This document shows positions 1 to 19,265 of a stretch of DNA of 64,000 nucleotides, piece after piece (position 1 is the stretch's first letter; every line of letters starts with the position of its first letter). The notes under the pieces are model-generated. The model did no database searches, was not told the origin of the DNA, and saw nothing but the letters and a program-made list of their open reading frames with translations. The DNA lies in assembly GCA_950097015.1 (NCBI GenBank), contig CATNEN010000038.1, positions 12,276,001 through 12,340,000 of the forward strand, written 5' to 3'. The DNA comes from Macrostomum hystrix (lineage: Eukaryota > Animalia > Platyhelminthes). A program made the position numbers and the translations under genes.

Positions 1-2630
1 CGAATTCCTAAATCGACGAATTCCTAAATCGACGAATTCCTAAATCGACGAATTCCTAAATCGACGAATTCCTAAATCGACGAATTCCTAAATCGACGAA
101 TTCCTAAATCGACGAATTCCTGAATCGACGAATTCCTGAATTTACAAATTCACGAATCGTCAACGTCAAGTTACTAATCTTCGATTTAAAAAGTTGGGTA
201 ATTTTAGTTTCTAACAGTCTAACAATCTAACAGTCTACTTCTCTATCTAACAGTCTACTTCTCTATCTAACTGTCTACTTCTCTATCTAACTGTCTACTT
301 CTCTATCTAACGGTCTACTTCTCTATCTAACTGTCTACTTCTCTATCTAACAGTCTACTTCTCTATCTAACTGCCTACTTCTCTATCTAACAGTCTACTT
401 CTCTATCTAACGATCTACTTCTCTATCTAACAGTCTACTTCTTTATCTATCTGTCTACTTCTCTAACTAACAGTCTACTTCTCTATCTAACAGTCTACTT
501 CTCTATCTAACTGTCTATTTCTCTATCTAACTGTCTACTTCTCTAACTAACTGTCTACTTCTCCATCTAACGACGATTTTCACGACGAATTCCTAAATCG
601 ACGAATTCCTAAATCGACGAATTCCTAAATCGACGAATTCCTAAATCGACGAATTCCTAAATCGACGAATTCCTAAATCGACGAATTCCTAAATCGACGA
701 ATTCCTGAATCGACGAATTCCTGAATTTACAAATTCACGAATCGTCATCGTCAAGTTACTAATCTTCGATTTAAAGAGTTGGGTAATTTTAGTTTCTAAC
801 AGTCTAACAATCTAACAGTCTACTTCTCTATCTAACTGTCTACTTCTCTATCTAACAGTCTACTTCTCTATCTATCTGTCTACTTCTCTAACTAACAGTC
901 TACTTCTCTATCTAACAGTCTACTTCTCTATCTAACAGTCTACTTCTCTAACTAACAGTCTACTTCTCTATCTAACAGTCTACTTCTCTAACTAACAGTC
1001 TACTTCTCTATCTAACAGTCTACTTCTCTATCTAACAGTCTACTTCTCTATCTAACGGTCTACTTCTCTATCTAACTGTCTACTTCTCTATCTAACAGTC
1101 TACTTCTCTATCTAACGATCTACTTCTCTATCTAACTGTCTACTTCTCTATCTAACAGTCTACTTCTTTATCTATCTGTCTACTTCTCTAACTAACAGTC
1201 TACTTCTCTATCTAACAGTCTACTTCTCTATCTAACTGTCTATTTCTCTATCTAACTGTCTACTTCTCTAACTAACTGTCTACTTCTCCATCTAACGACG
1301 ATTTTCACGACGAATTCCTAAATCGACGAATTCCTAAATCGACGAATTCCTAAATCGACGAATTCCTAAATCGACGAATTCCTAAATCGACGAATTCCTA
1401 AATCGACGAATTCCTAAATCGACGAATTCCTAAATCGACGAATTCCTGAATCGACGAATTCCTGAATTTACAAATTCACGAATCGTCAACGTCAAGTTAC
1501 TAATCTTCGATTTAAAGAGTTGGGTAATTTTAGTTTCTAACAGTCTAACAATCTAACAGTCTACTTCTCTATCTAACAGTCTACTTCTCTATCTAACTGT
1601 CTACTTCTCTATCTAACTGTCTACTTCTCTATCTAACGGTCTACTTCTCTATCTAACTGTCTACTTCTCTATCTAACAGTCTACTTCTCTATCTAACTGC
1701 CTACTTCTCTATCTAACAGTCTACTTCTCTATCTAACGATCTACTTCTCTATCTAACTGTCTACTTCTCTATCTAACAGTCTACTTCTCTATCTATCTGT
1801 CTACTTCTCTAACTAACAGTCTACTTCTCTATCTAACAGTCTACTTCTCTATCTAACTGTCTATTTCTCTATCTAACTGTCTACTTCTCTAACTAACTGT
1901 CTACTTCTCCATCTAACGACGATTTTCACGACGAATTCCTAAATCGACGAATTCCTAAATCGACGAATTCCTAAATCGACGAATTCCTAAATCGACGAAT
2001 TCCTAAATCGACGAATTCCTAAATCGACGAATTCCTAAATCGACGAATTCCTAAATCGACGAATTCCTGAATTTACAAATTCACGAATCGTCATCGTCAA
2101 GTTACTAATCTTCGATTTAAAGAGTTGGGTAATTTTAGTTTCTAACAGTCTAACAATCTAACAGTCTACTTCTCTATCTAACTGTCTACTTCTCTATCTA
2201 ACAGTCTACTTCTCTATCTATCTGTCTACTTCTCTAACTAACAGTCTACTTCTCTATCTAACAGTCTACTTCTCTATCTAACTGTCTATTTCTCTATCTA
2301 ACTGTCTACTTCTCTAACTAACTGTCTACTTCTCCATCTAACGACGATTTTCACGACGAATTCCTAAATCGACGAATTCCTAAATCGAAGAATTCCTAAA
2401 TCGACGAATTCCTAAATCGACGAATTCCTAAATCGACGAATTCCTAAATCGACGAATTCCTAAATCGACGAATTCCTAAATCGACGAATTCCTAAATCGA
2501 CGAATTCCTAAATCGACGAATTCCTAAATCGACGAATTCCTGAATCGACGAATTCCTGAATTGAGAAATTCACGAATCGTCGCCCGAGTTACTAATCTTC
2601 GATTTAAAGAGTTGGGTAATTTTAGTTTCT
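1..2630. repeat. Compound higher-order satellite: 16-bp arrays (CGACGAATTCCTAAAT) + ~70-bp spacer + 20-bp arrays (TCTAACAGTCTACTTCTCTA)
   Basis: The conserved spacer TTACAAATTCACGAATCGTC...GTTGGGTAATTTTAGTTTC recurs at about 142, 727, 1467, 2073 and 2561, with variable copy numbers of both monomers. The array runs off the window start. Confidence 0.95.
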
Positions 2631-3124
2631 CAGTTCAATGACAAAAAGGACTCATTTAGGCTGAGATGCGAACTCTCGACCTTATAGTCTAAACTAATAA
2701 TTTCATAGCAGTGTGTCTTGCTTATTTATGTAACTCGATTCTTTTTTCAGCGAGATCAGAGCCTTGAACATTTTCAATGCGACAATCAAGCATTGTCTCG
2801 CATTACTGCCATGCTTCTGATAGTTGCCATTCATTGGTATATTCTGTTTCCGGAGATATATTCAGATAAAGGAGATGAATTATTCTAAAAACAATTGTTT
2901 TCGCCAGGTGTTTCTTCAATTGTAAACTAAAACAATAGCCCACCTTAGCGGATAATACAAAGTTTTGTCTAAAGTCTGCTTAACGAAGAACTATATGAAC
3001 ACAATGCTGCTGAGATTTTTTACAGAAGTCTGCTTTTTTTCTGCTCGCCCAGGTGAATTTTCACTCCTGCTAATAATGCTTGAACCCATTTGACAACTGG
3101 CTCAATGGAAAAAACTGTTTTGTA

Positions 3125-3482
3125 AAAAAATAACTGCAGGCGGACTGCGGGCAATGGTACATCATTTGGTGACACTAGACCCGCAGTCAGCGAGGAGGCA
3201 ATTCTGCCCATTTCGCTGACTCCTGAACACACACGCACACAGATACTGTACGCAGGCACACGCTCACACATGTGTGTACATCTGTCTTGACTTTCTCATC
3301 GTCAGGCAGTGTACACTCTCACTGTGCCTTGGAGGCTGGCCCTCAAGGGCGTAAATTGCACCACAAGCCCCCAAGCCTTCTCTCCGCGGCTGCGCCCCGA
3401 TTTAAAGTGGCCTCGCCGCGTAATCGAGTTCATGGATATTGGAGCGAGAGGCAAACGCGTTATACCGCTCTGCCACTCAACC
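3125..3482 (-). mobile_element. tRNA-derived SINE, family A, near full length
   Basis: The minus strand begins GGGTTGAGTGGCAGAGCGG (A-box-like) ... AACTCGATTAC (degenerate B-box). The body is shared with at least 8 other copies in the window, and there is an AT-rich tail. Confidence 0.85.
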
Positions 3483-3783
3483 CCGAACTGTTTCACTTCG
3501 GCTGAGATTCGAACTCCAGACGTCGCGACGAACACAGAAGTCAGAAAGTCTAACCTTATAGCTCAATTATTTGTGTAAGCCCAATTTTTCCTTAAGACCC
3601 CCTGATTCACTCCCAAGCAGTCCAGGTGCAGCGGTAGGTTAAATAGAGTTCTCTCTGGTCCAATCGTGTGCTCTCTAAAATCCACATAAATAAGAGAGCG
3701 TAAATGTTAGACTAAAAATAACCACTTGCCATTTCAAAATAAAATCCAGCATTAAAATAGAACACCCTCGAAGTCTCGCCTTA

Positions 3784-5001
3784 ATGACTACGCGAGCAGT
3801 TCTAAGCCTGGTGATTGGCTGCAGCGCGGTGTTCGTGCTGTCAGTGAGTCTGGCCACGCTCTACTCTGAGACACTGAGAGTCAACACTGCCAATCTGCTG
3901 TTGCACCAGTCCGAGCGAAAGAAACTATCAGCTTGTCAGCCATCCAGGGCTAAGGATGCGACCGCCGTCACTGAAATCCAGCTGACTCTGCAGCCAGTCA
4001 AGGAGGAGCCAACCACAGCCAACGACATCGCGGCTGAGCTTGCTGCAGCGGCGGCTGCCGTGCGCCAGACACCGTCGAAGGACTGCAACCGCGGCTTAGA
4101 GCAGCTAATTCGCTGGAACAAGTCCGGCATCAGCTATGGGAGTGCGTTCGAGCTCACGCCCGACTGCGTCAGCATCCTTCTCGGAGCTCCGGTGACTTTC
4201 GTCAGCGAAGAGGCCGACCGCCTGTCGATGATGTCGCAGCCGATCGCTAGCTGGAACAGTACGCACTGCTTTCGTCGCGCGATTTTACAATCGGAAAAAG
4301 TGCTAATTGTCGAGAGACTGAAAATCGTGCGCAAAGCATTCGTGAGCGCCGGGATTCCTTTGATACTTGACGGCGGCTCGCTCGTGGGTTCGTTCCGTCA
4401 TCACGGCTTCGTGCCCTGGGATGACGACTTCGACTTTCGCATCAGCAGCTCCGACTACGACGCGGCGTTCGCGGTCTTCAAGACGCTGGCCAAGCAGTAT
4501 CCAAAAATGTTTCGCTTTTGGCCCGAGGCTTCTAGCACGCACTGGAAGTTTTACGTTCTCGACTTTCGCCTGCAGATGGCTGAGGTCCCTGACTTTTTGC
4601 TCTGCTTGGACATCTTCTTCTACTACGACCCGCTGCCAAACTCGGACAAGTTCAATCTGACGGACCGTTGGACACTTTCCAAAAAGGAGCTTTTCTTCCC
4701 GTTGTCGAAGAGACCTTTTGAAGGTCTCTGGTTCTACGCTCCAAGTAACGTGCCCGCCTACCTGAAAATGTACTACGGCGACGTGATGGACTCGTGCTAC
4801 TATCACAGCTACTCAAACCTTGACTCAATTAGCTATTGCAAGAAGCATTCTGGTCGGCGCGTCGCCTGCAGCACAATGCACCACCGCTATCCGTTTGTGC
4901 GCCGAGTGCCCGTTGGCGACACGGGAGCCTGGCTGGAGTTCCTGGTGATTGGCAAGAATATACTGCAGACTGTCTTTATGGCCAGCCAAATGGCAAATTG
5001 A
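3784..5001 (+). CDS. LicD-family (fukutin/FKRP-related) phosphotransferase, type II membrane protein, intronless, 405 aa
   Basis: N-terminal hydrophobic anchor; LicD motif LDGGSLVGSFRHHGFVPWDDDFD; LDIFFY; LFFPLSKRPFEG..APSN..YLKMYYG. Confidence 0.9.
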   Translation: MTTRAVLSLVIGCSAVFVLSVSLATLYSETLRVNTANLLLHQSERKKLSACQPSRAKDATAVTEIQLTLQPVKEEPTTANDIAAELAAAAAAVRQTPSKDCNRGLEQLIRWNKSGISYGSAFELTPDCVSILLGAPVTFVSEEADRLSMMSQPIASWNSTHCFRRAILQSEKVLIVERLKIVRKAFVSAGIPLILDGGSLVGSFRHHGFVPWDDDFDFRISSSDYDAAFAVFKTLAKQYPKMFRFWPEASSTHWKFYVLDFRLQMAEVPDFLLCLDIFFYYDPLPNSDKFNLTDRWTLSKKELFFPLSKRPFEGLWFYAPSNVPAYLKMYYGDVMDSCYYHSYSNLDSISYCKKHSGRRVACSTMHHRYPFVRRVPVGDTGAWLEFLVIGKNILQTVFMASQMAN

Positions 5002-5135
5002 GGCTATGGGAATGGGATATTTAACTAAATCATTGTGCTTCTTCGCATCAGTAACAGTAGAAATACCACGCTATTTACCACCCTGGGGATATTTCAAATA
5101 CCCTCTGCCTTCTTCACGATATCTCTCAAATTGAA

Positions 5136-5290
5136 TGACCGATTTTTGTGAAAGTCCACCATCTGAATCAAAATTTTCCGCCCGTTACGATGACCAACTT
5201 TTTTATGCCGCCCGAGTCAGCATCGTCGAGATATTCAGCGATTCCTTTCAGAGTCCCTGGTGAGAAGGACAACTAACATGGCTATGTAAA
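5136..5290. repeat. Dispersed repeat family C, copy 1 (unclassified)
   Basis: Colinear similarity to 37201-37350: GACCGATTTT..AAAGTCC..TGAATCAAA.TTTTCCGCCC.TTACGATGA...ATTCAG.GATTCCT..CTGGTGA..AGGACAA. Confidence 0.65.
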
Positions 5291-5322
5291 TACATAGCTC
5301 GGTGGTTCCCGCCGCGAGGTCC

Positions 5323-5895
5323 TTACACTGTTCTCTGTAACTCCGAAGGAGAGGCTGCTGACAAGCGGGAGAGTGCGAAAGTTCCGGTAAATTCTCTCTG
5401 GATGGGCTCCGGGAGATGATCCCAGCCGCAACTGGTAACGTCCTGAAAAAGACGGCTAACTAGTCCTTTGAGGGCCTCGTTTGCAGATTCGAGGATAACT
5501 AAATCGGTGATTGACTGAGGCAAGGAATTTGGTCTCGTAAAATGGCCAGAGATCCGAGTCTGAAAGTCATAAAGCATGTCCTGCACGGACTGATTTAAGT
5601 TAAAGCCGAGGTGGTGTCCTACTGGACGACGCCTCGTAAATACCTTTATTCCGTACTGGGCCAACTACCCAGTGGAGATCGGTATGCCAAAGGGACCCTC
5701 TATTGTCGGACGATTTATTTCGTGCGGCAGTATGGCCCCTTTACTCGGAGCCCTTGACCTCGCCTCCAGGTTTTCCTGGTTGGTGGGGTTGACTTCTATT
5801 ACGACTAACGCTTGTGCCTGTCCGCAGAGGTCGTGGGATACGAGGTTTATGGCATGCGTGAATCCAGGCAGAGGGTGTACCAACAGCCTCCATTT
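5323..5895 (-). pseudogene. Interrupted ORF of unknown origin (probable TE-derived relic)
   Basis: ORFs 5665-5883 and 5323-5664 are in the same frame and separated by a single TAG. The segment is GC-richer than its flanks. No recognisable domain. Confidence 0.3.
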
Positions 5896-6889
5896 TTAGC
5901 TGTTGAGCACAAGGGTCGATTCGGCCCGTCCTCTTTCGGGGCTAACCTCCGCGCCTCTGCGCGGAGGCCCAGAGGCCCAGAGGCCCAGGTCCTAAAAATA
6001 AAATATCGGGCCCGTGGTCTTGCTTCTGTTCATTGTTGGATAACTGGCTGCCATTCAGAGTTGACTAATTCTAAGAAACAGGCACGACAAAATAAAACAA
6101 TAAAATGATCGATTTCAACCTGGGTTCCAGTGTAAGCAAGGATGGCTTGTGATCGTCTTGACCTTAGAATTGGGACGCATACTCGTACGAGTATAAAGAC
6201 TTTTGCTTTTCACGATAGTCGCTTCATTTAGGCACACATCTGGAACGCTAGTATAACCCCATAGCATTTTTTCATATCTAGTGGTTGTTTGGGGAACATC
6301 TGCAGAGTGTTCGAATGTAGTGACCTTAATTCGCGAAACTTCTGTACGATATTCAATTGACCTTCGAGAACATTCTATACAGTACGAAAACATTGATTTC
6401 TAGAAAATTCTTCGATATAGTACAAATTAAACTTCGCAATTTTCTCAGAATATTCCTTTAGTACAATAATTGCATAATTCACTATAAATTATTGTGTATT
6501 TAACACAAACTCCTCATGCGCTTGCATCTAATAATCAATAGCCTAATTAAATCTGTTTTACCGTACCGTATATTTCTAGAAACTTCCGGGAACACTAAAA
6601 TACACAATAATTATTCTGCACCCGATCCAGCAATAATCAAACCTTTCTGATCTCATAAGAGACTCAACAAACAATACAAAAAATCCACCGCCTAGCTCTT
6701 AATTACTCGCGAACTCGCGACCACAAAACCGCTGCACTAAAACGAGTAAAGTGACTGTAAACAAAACGAGTCCCTGCATCGTCGACTTCTCCAACGAGCT
6801 TTAGAACTTCGACATTCGATTTTTCAAACCTGTCAAATTCCTTCAATCGCGTCGTATTCCCTACTGTGTCGAATTCCTCAAAACCCGAC

Positions 6890-7069
6890 AATTTCTCCAA
6901 CCCGTCGATTTCTCCAACCCGTGGATTTCTCCAACCCGTCGATTTCTCCAACCCGTCGATTTCTCCAACCCGTCGATTTCTCCAACCCGTCGATTTCTCC
7001 AACCCGTCGATTTCTCCAACCCGTCGATTTCTCCAACCCGTCGATTTCTCCAACCCGTCGATTTCCCCA
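6890..7069. repeat. 17-bp minisatellite (ATTTCTCCAACCCGTCG)
   Basis: About 10 near-perfect tandem copies. Confidence 0.95.
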
Positions 7070-7430
7070 ATAATAATATAATTGCAGGAGGGCTGCAGGC
7101 AGTGGTACATCACTTAGAAACACTAGACCCGCAGTCAGCGAGGAGGCAATTCTGCCCATTTCGCTGACTCCTGAACACACACGCACACAGATACTGTACG
7201 CAGGCACACGCTCACACATGTGTGTACATCTGCCCTGACTTTCTCATCGTCAGGCAGTGTACACTCTCACTGTGCCTTGGAGGTTGGCCCACAAGGGCGT
7301 AAATTGCACGACAAGCCTCCAAGCCTTTTCTCCGCGGCTGCGCCTCTAAATGAATGTGTCCTAGCCGTGGAATCGAACTTAGGGACCGTGGTGCGAGAGG
7401 CAAACGCGATAACCGCTCTGCCACCGACCA
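7070..7430 (-). mobile_element. SINE family A, full length with (ATT)n tail
   Basis: Nearly identical to 3125-3482. Head GGTGGCAGAGCGG...AGTTCGATTCC on the minus strand; tail TAATAATAATA at 7070. Confidence 0.9.
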
Positions 7431-8759
7431 CCAACCCAACCGGTCGATTTTCCCCAACTAGTGGTATTCCACAAACCCAAAGCTCTATAAATTCCGCAAT
7501 ATTTCCAAAAAACGCAACGGTTTTACAAGCGTAAGTTTAAACATCGCGGAGAAAGTTAATCAAAACAATTAACCTGCCTTAGTATTGTGCAACGTCGATC
7601 ATATTGTATATTAATTTGTTGCGCAATCATTACAAAACTGGTTAGACAGAATTATTTCCGGGAAAACAACCCAGAAGCGAGAGGTGACTTCAAAAAACGC
7701 ATTGAATCAGCAGCGCGATCTGGCCGTCACAGCAGAGCACAGGCGGTGTGCATATTACGAGTAAAACAAGTTGGTGGGACTCTTTGATCAGCACAGCACA
7801 GTAAATAAGCATTTGACAGGGGCACTTCTAGAATATTCTGAAAAATAAAGACCCATGACCGATCAGTGCAAATGGATGAAAATCGTGAATTGTGTCTCTT
7901 TGGCTTTAAAGAATTTTGGTATCCCCAGTGTGACAAGATGAGTTAGACTCGTGTAAAAACGTGCCTGAGCTCGAATCCCGAACATTAATTAAGGAGGGGC
8001 GCAGCCGTACAGCTTTACACCCATGAGAGCCAGTAATAAATTACACCCCTTGACGATGAGAATTTCAGGGCAGGTGTACGCTGTGCGCTGGCTCAGGGGC
8101 CTTGTTTTTCGCCTCTTGATTGTCTCTAAATTATGCGTCTGGTATACGAGCGTACATTCCCTTTAACTTAGTTTTTAATTTAATTATATCATATTGATGT
8201 TAAGTCAAGCCTTTGACGTTTATGACATTTATATTGGCAAAGAAAGTATGCTTTGACTTCTGCTAAATAACAATTTTTGTTGATGCATAAATATGCGCTC
8301 AACTGAAAAAAATAAAAATGGCAGAATCAGGTAGATTAATTAAAATGAGAAATAAATCACTGAGAGATTTTTAACACAAAATAATTAACTTAGAACATCT
8401 AAACAAACGTAAATAGTTAAATATTCAAGTTTTGGGAGTATTTGACTTCATCTATCGTGGTAGATTTTGGGGTATTTGACTCCATCTATTGTAGTAGCTT
8501 TTAAGTAGGTTAGACTGAGATAGTTAGAAATATTCTCGTTTCTTAACTACGAGTAAGAACCGAGAAGAGAACGCATTGACACAGATCGTTTGGTCAGCTA
8601 ATGCACGTCAATTGCATATAAGCGTAGAAGCAGAAAAGACATATTGACAGAGTGACCAGAACGCGTGCACCATTGGCAGTGCTGAGTTCTGACACTAGTT
8701 AGAAGTGCCGCATGATCCTTCCACTTCAGTTTTATTCTGGTCAAATATCTGACAGCGGG

Positions 8760-15095
<6,336 letters not shown>

Positions 15096-17107
15096 TCAGT
15101 GGACTGATGGCACCGCGCAGATTTTCTACTTTTTAACGATAATCAGATGCAGAAATTCAAGTGTGCGATGACTAACCGAAGCTCGAAATAAATTATATTT
15201 AAGTCATGCTTTGGCTGGAAGTCAAATGCGGTTCATTTTGGGAAATATAAATAATTTAAGAGATATGAAATACACTTCATTTTTTTATCATCAATTTTAT
15301 ATCAGCTTTATACTTTACAACATTTAAATTAATAATTTCACCACATCGCACACATTGTGGACACAGATGCACTCTCAAACACTCCACACAGGTGTGTATA
15401 ACTGCTCTGACTTTTTCAGTAATAAATAAGTACTCATAATTCATAATATATATGGATACAAATGCATAAAAAGTATTTTTTATTGCTTCAAAGTAAAACG
15501 CAATTTAAATTGTTTTATACATAGCTGTAAATACTGATTTGTGTTCACTAAATTAATTAGTTTAACTTTAACTCTCATTCTAGCGTTAAAATCCTTTAAA
15601 ACATCCAATTTTACGTTACATTGCATGCTAAAATTTCTGTTATAAATACGAACATAATATGTAAAGAAATCGAGAAATTTCTTGATTGTAGTAATAGTAT
15701 TCGACTATTCGTAGTAAATAGTTACAAATGATTACACTGTCTGAGGCATTTTTGAGGTGTATAAAATTAAAAACTTTTACAACTAATAGCGCCACAATTG
15801 CGTGGAGCTTGTACGTATTGCGGAAATAAAAAAAATTAGTTAAAATACTTCAATGAAACAAAAAATTATTCTACGTTACAAAAAATTGTTTTGTCTATTC
15901 TTAGCTTCAGGACCATGAATGTTGTTTTAAAATTAGGAATTCAAAGTCAAGTCAAATTTAGACGGCTACGCGAAAACAATTCTTTAATATGCAATGCTAC
16001 TCACATTTTTATTTGCTTGTTATAATAAGAAAATTATGCAAAAATTAAGGCCAAACTTGTTGTATGATAATTAAAAAAATAAAAGTGATAAACATTTGTT
16101 TTATCTAAATATAAACGGCTTTTAAATTCACTGCATTCAATTAGAAACCCACAATATGTGTCAAATAAAAACAGTTCACATTCTAGTGATTTAAGGTAAG
16201 TTAATCAAAATAAGTTTCCCGTCTTAAAAATGTTTTCTGGAAAGATCATTGTATGTCTTCGGGAAAAAATAGGAGTTAATGATGTACGTGCAATCGCCGC
16301 ATTCAAAGTTGCCACATTTCAAATTCTCCGTTTTATTAGAAACCGGGAAACGAATTGGAATTCTCATATATTTGCTCAATTATGTGTACGACAAAAGCCT
16401 TATCAGTACGAAAAAAGCTTTATATTTAATGCACAAACAATATATATCGTTATCGAAATTAAAGAAAACCTTAACTAAACAACATTGGCAAGGTTTCATG
16501 CTTTTTTAAAACAAAGCAAAACATTTAACCAACAAATTTGTTCATAATACCCTGTACATCGCATAGCAACATATTTAATGCCTACTAAGAGCTCCCTTTG
16601 CTGTTCCTGGTTGTGTGGAATAAATTGTTGTATTGTAAGCTTTCCAGAAAAAACTTTTTGCAATGCCTTTGTGCAAGAATAAAAAAGAGAATGGCAGTCT
16701 TTTTGTATCAGATTTTTATAATCAGATTATTATTATTATTATCAGACATAATTGTAATTTTATTTTTTGTGATACGTTTTTTATCTAGTTTTAGTCACAA
16801 TCCAGTAACTTCTTAATTTTTTATATAAAAGCTGCATAATTGATCAGTTTGAGATCAAAGTATTGAACTACTTTTTGCAGTAAGTTGCAGAAACATAGTG
16901 ACAAAGTTTGTTACTAATAATAAATTATGTAGCGCTTAGAACTTATTTTATATGTTTCTTAAATCATTTTTCTTTAATTGTTTTATTACTACTATCACGT
17001 TACGATTGATGATATGGTTGTTCAATCAAAAAATCTTCATATATTGTAATTTTCATGATTTTAAATGCATTGTATCTTTATTTTCAGTTTCTAGCAGACT
17101 CTGCACA

Positions 17108-19265
17108 ATGTCAAAGACACCGGGATCTATAATTTGTGTTGGACTCTGCTGCCTTGATTTGGTAGCGAAAGTGGACCAGTTTCCAACTGAGGATAGCGAC
17201 AGGTCGGTAAATACATAATAAAAGTCTTTATTTAGCTGTCCCCAATTAATAGTTTAATCTAAATATTCATTAAAATGCGCAGGATGGCAAATATAGACTG
17301 GCAGCTAGGTGGCAATGCTGCCCACAATGCCATCGTCTTGGCTGCTATGGAATCTTCCACCGTCTACTTTGCTGGCACTATTCCTTCTGAGCAATCGTTG
17401 AATGGAGAGTGAGTGTATTATAAGAAGCCCACAATAGTGAAATCGCGCTAGTCAACCCCACCAGCATCAATTTATTACAAGCAGCTCCTCCAATCCAGAT
17501 TTATCCGACATTCATTCGCCAAGCACTCTGTGGATACCAGCCTGTGCCAACCAATCAGCGGAGAAAGCTGTCCCGTCTCCATGGTGATCGTTAACACCGG
17601 CAATGCGTCGAGAACTATACTGCATCATCGAGGGTATAATGGAAATAATAACTATAATAATATTAATTATAATAATCGCAGAAAAGCAGCGGGCAATGGC
17701 ACAATACTTGGCGACTCTAGACCGGCAGCCAGAAAGGAGGCAGTTCTGCTCATTCCGCTGATTCCTGAGCACACATCACACTGATCCGCTCGTACTGCAC
17801 GCAGGCACAACAGGTGTGTACATCTGCCCTGACTTTCTCATCGCCAGGCAGTGTACACTCTCACTGCGCCTTGGAGTTTCGCCATCAAGGCCTAAATTTA
17901 ACGACAAGCCATCCCCAATCCTTCTGGCCTCTCCGCGCAATCAAGCTCATGGACCTTGGTGCGAGAGGCCGCTCTGCCACTCAACCCCATCATGGAGAGC
18001 CAGATGTCATTAGGTAGTTTTGATTGACTCTTTAGGCAGAACTAGGTTAGTTGATTTGGTTTAACTACGAGTAAAAAAAGAATTATTTTTCACAGAACAG
18101 ATTTTCCGGAGTTTTCTTTTGATCAACTTCGGGACCTTGATTTGATGGTTATGAATGTGAATTGGATTCATTTTGAGGTAAGTAAAAAGACACTCTTTCC
18201 TGCTTTTGTATGGTTTTATTTATTAATTAGTCTCATCGTATTTCTCCCTCTGATCTCATTTTTTGCAACCCAAAAAGGGTCGTCGTAACGTTCCTGAAAT
18301 GGTCGACATGTTGAGACACATCAAGTTGTTGAACGGGCGTTTGTCTAAAACTGACGAGGATTCGAACCGAATTTTCACTTCGGTAGAGCTGGAAAAATGT
18401 CGACCAGAGTTAAGTAAGTGAGTCATTGGGTGGTGAGTGGCAAAGCGGTTTAAAGCGTTTTCCTCTCGCACCAATGTCCCTGAGCTCGATTCCGTGGCGA
18501 GGCCACATTCAATTACTCGGGGCGCAGCGGCGGAGAGAAGGCTTGTCGTGCAATTTACACCCTTGAGGGTCAACCTCCAAGCCCCCCAGTAAATAACACT
18601 AAACTGCAAAACTTTGAAACAAGATACACAGTGTTGCATCATTGAACAGCCAGCCTCCTGACCAACTCGGACGTTGTCTTCCTGTCGAAGGAGTTTGCCC
18701 AGTTTCACGGTGCCACCGATAAGATCCACGCCGTCAGAATGTTTCGCCGACGTGTTGATCCAGGGTGAGAAGCTAAAATTTGCGGAGAACTGTAACGTAA
18801 TCATATCCTTCATATAGTTTCTGAACAACATTATCGACGCAGAGAAAATCAAGGTCAGGTCTTCCTCGCCTTCTTTCTTTTCTCGCCTCGTCTTTCCTCG
18901 CCTTCTTTCCGATCGATTCCAGCGCCATCGTAATTTGCGCCTGGGGTGACCTCGGCTGCGCCGGAGCTGTCAACGGAGGCGATGAATTCGACAAGGATGA
19001 TGACAAGGACATTGTCTCCCTGCCAGCCACCGTTCCCGACGATAAACCCATTGTGGACACCTTGGGAGCCGGTGACACGTTTGTGGCTGCCTGCCTCTGT
19101 TGCCTTCGAAGCGGTCGGTCGCTGACCTCCGCACTGCGGCTGGCCGCAAATGTCGCTGGCGCGAAGTGTAGCAAAGCAGATGGCTTCAGAACAGTGTCTG
19201 AATGGGCTCCGACTGCCGCTGCTGCGGCGGCTGCTGCTGCTGCTGCTGCTCCAGAAGATTCCTGA
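17108..19265 (+). CDS. KHK: Ketohexokinase (PfkB family), 7 exons
   Basis: Exons 17108-17202, 17283-17408, 17499-17633, 18096-18177, 18278-18413, 18650-18764, 18923-19265, GT-AG and phase-consistent. Motifs ICVGLCCLD..VDQFPTEDSD, WQLGGNA, SRTILH, WIHFEGR, SVELEK, DVVFLSKEFA, ICAWG, VDTLGAGDTF. Confidence 0.93.
17636..17988 (-). mobile_element. SINE family A in KHK intron 3
   Basis: Family A body. The long (AAT)n tail abuts the splice donor. Confidence 0.85.
18427..18582 (+). mobile_element. SINE family A, 5' part, in KHK intron 5
   Basis: GAGTGGCAAAGCGG...CCTCTCGCACCAA...GAGCTCGATTCC..GGCGAGGCCAC: the family A head in sense orientation. Confidence 0.8.

Noticed and set aside
3020-3578. Recurrent small ORFs (MCERVPAYS..., MCTSALTFSS...)
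   Set aside because: They are translations of SINE family A copies.
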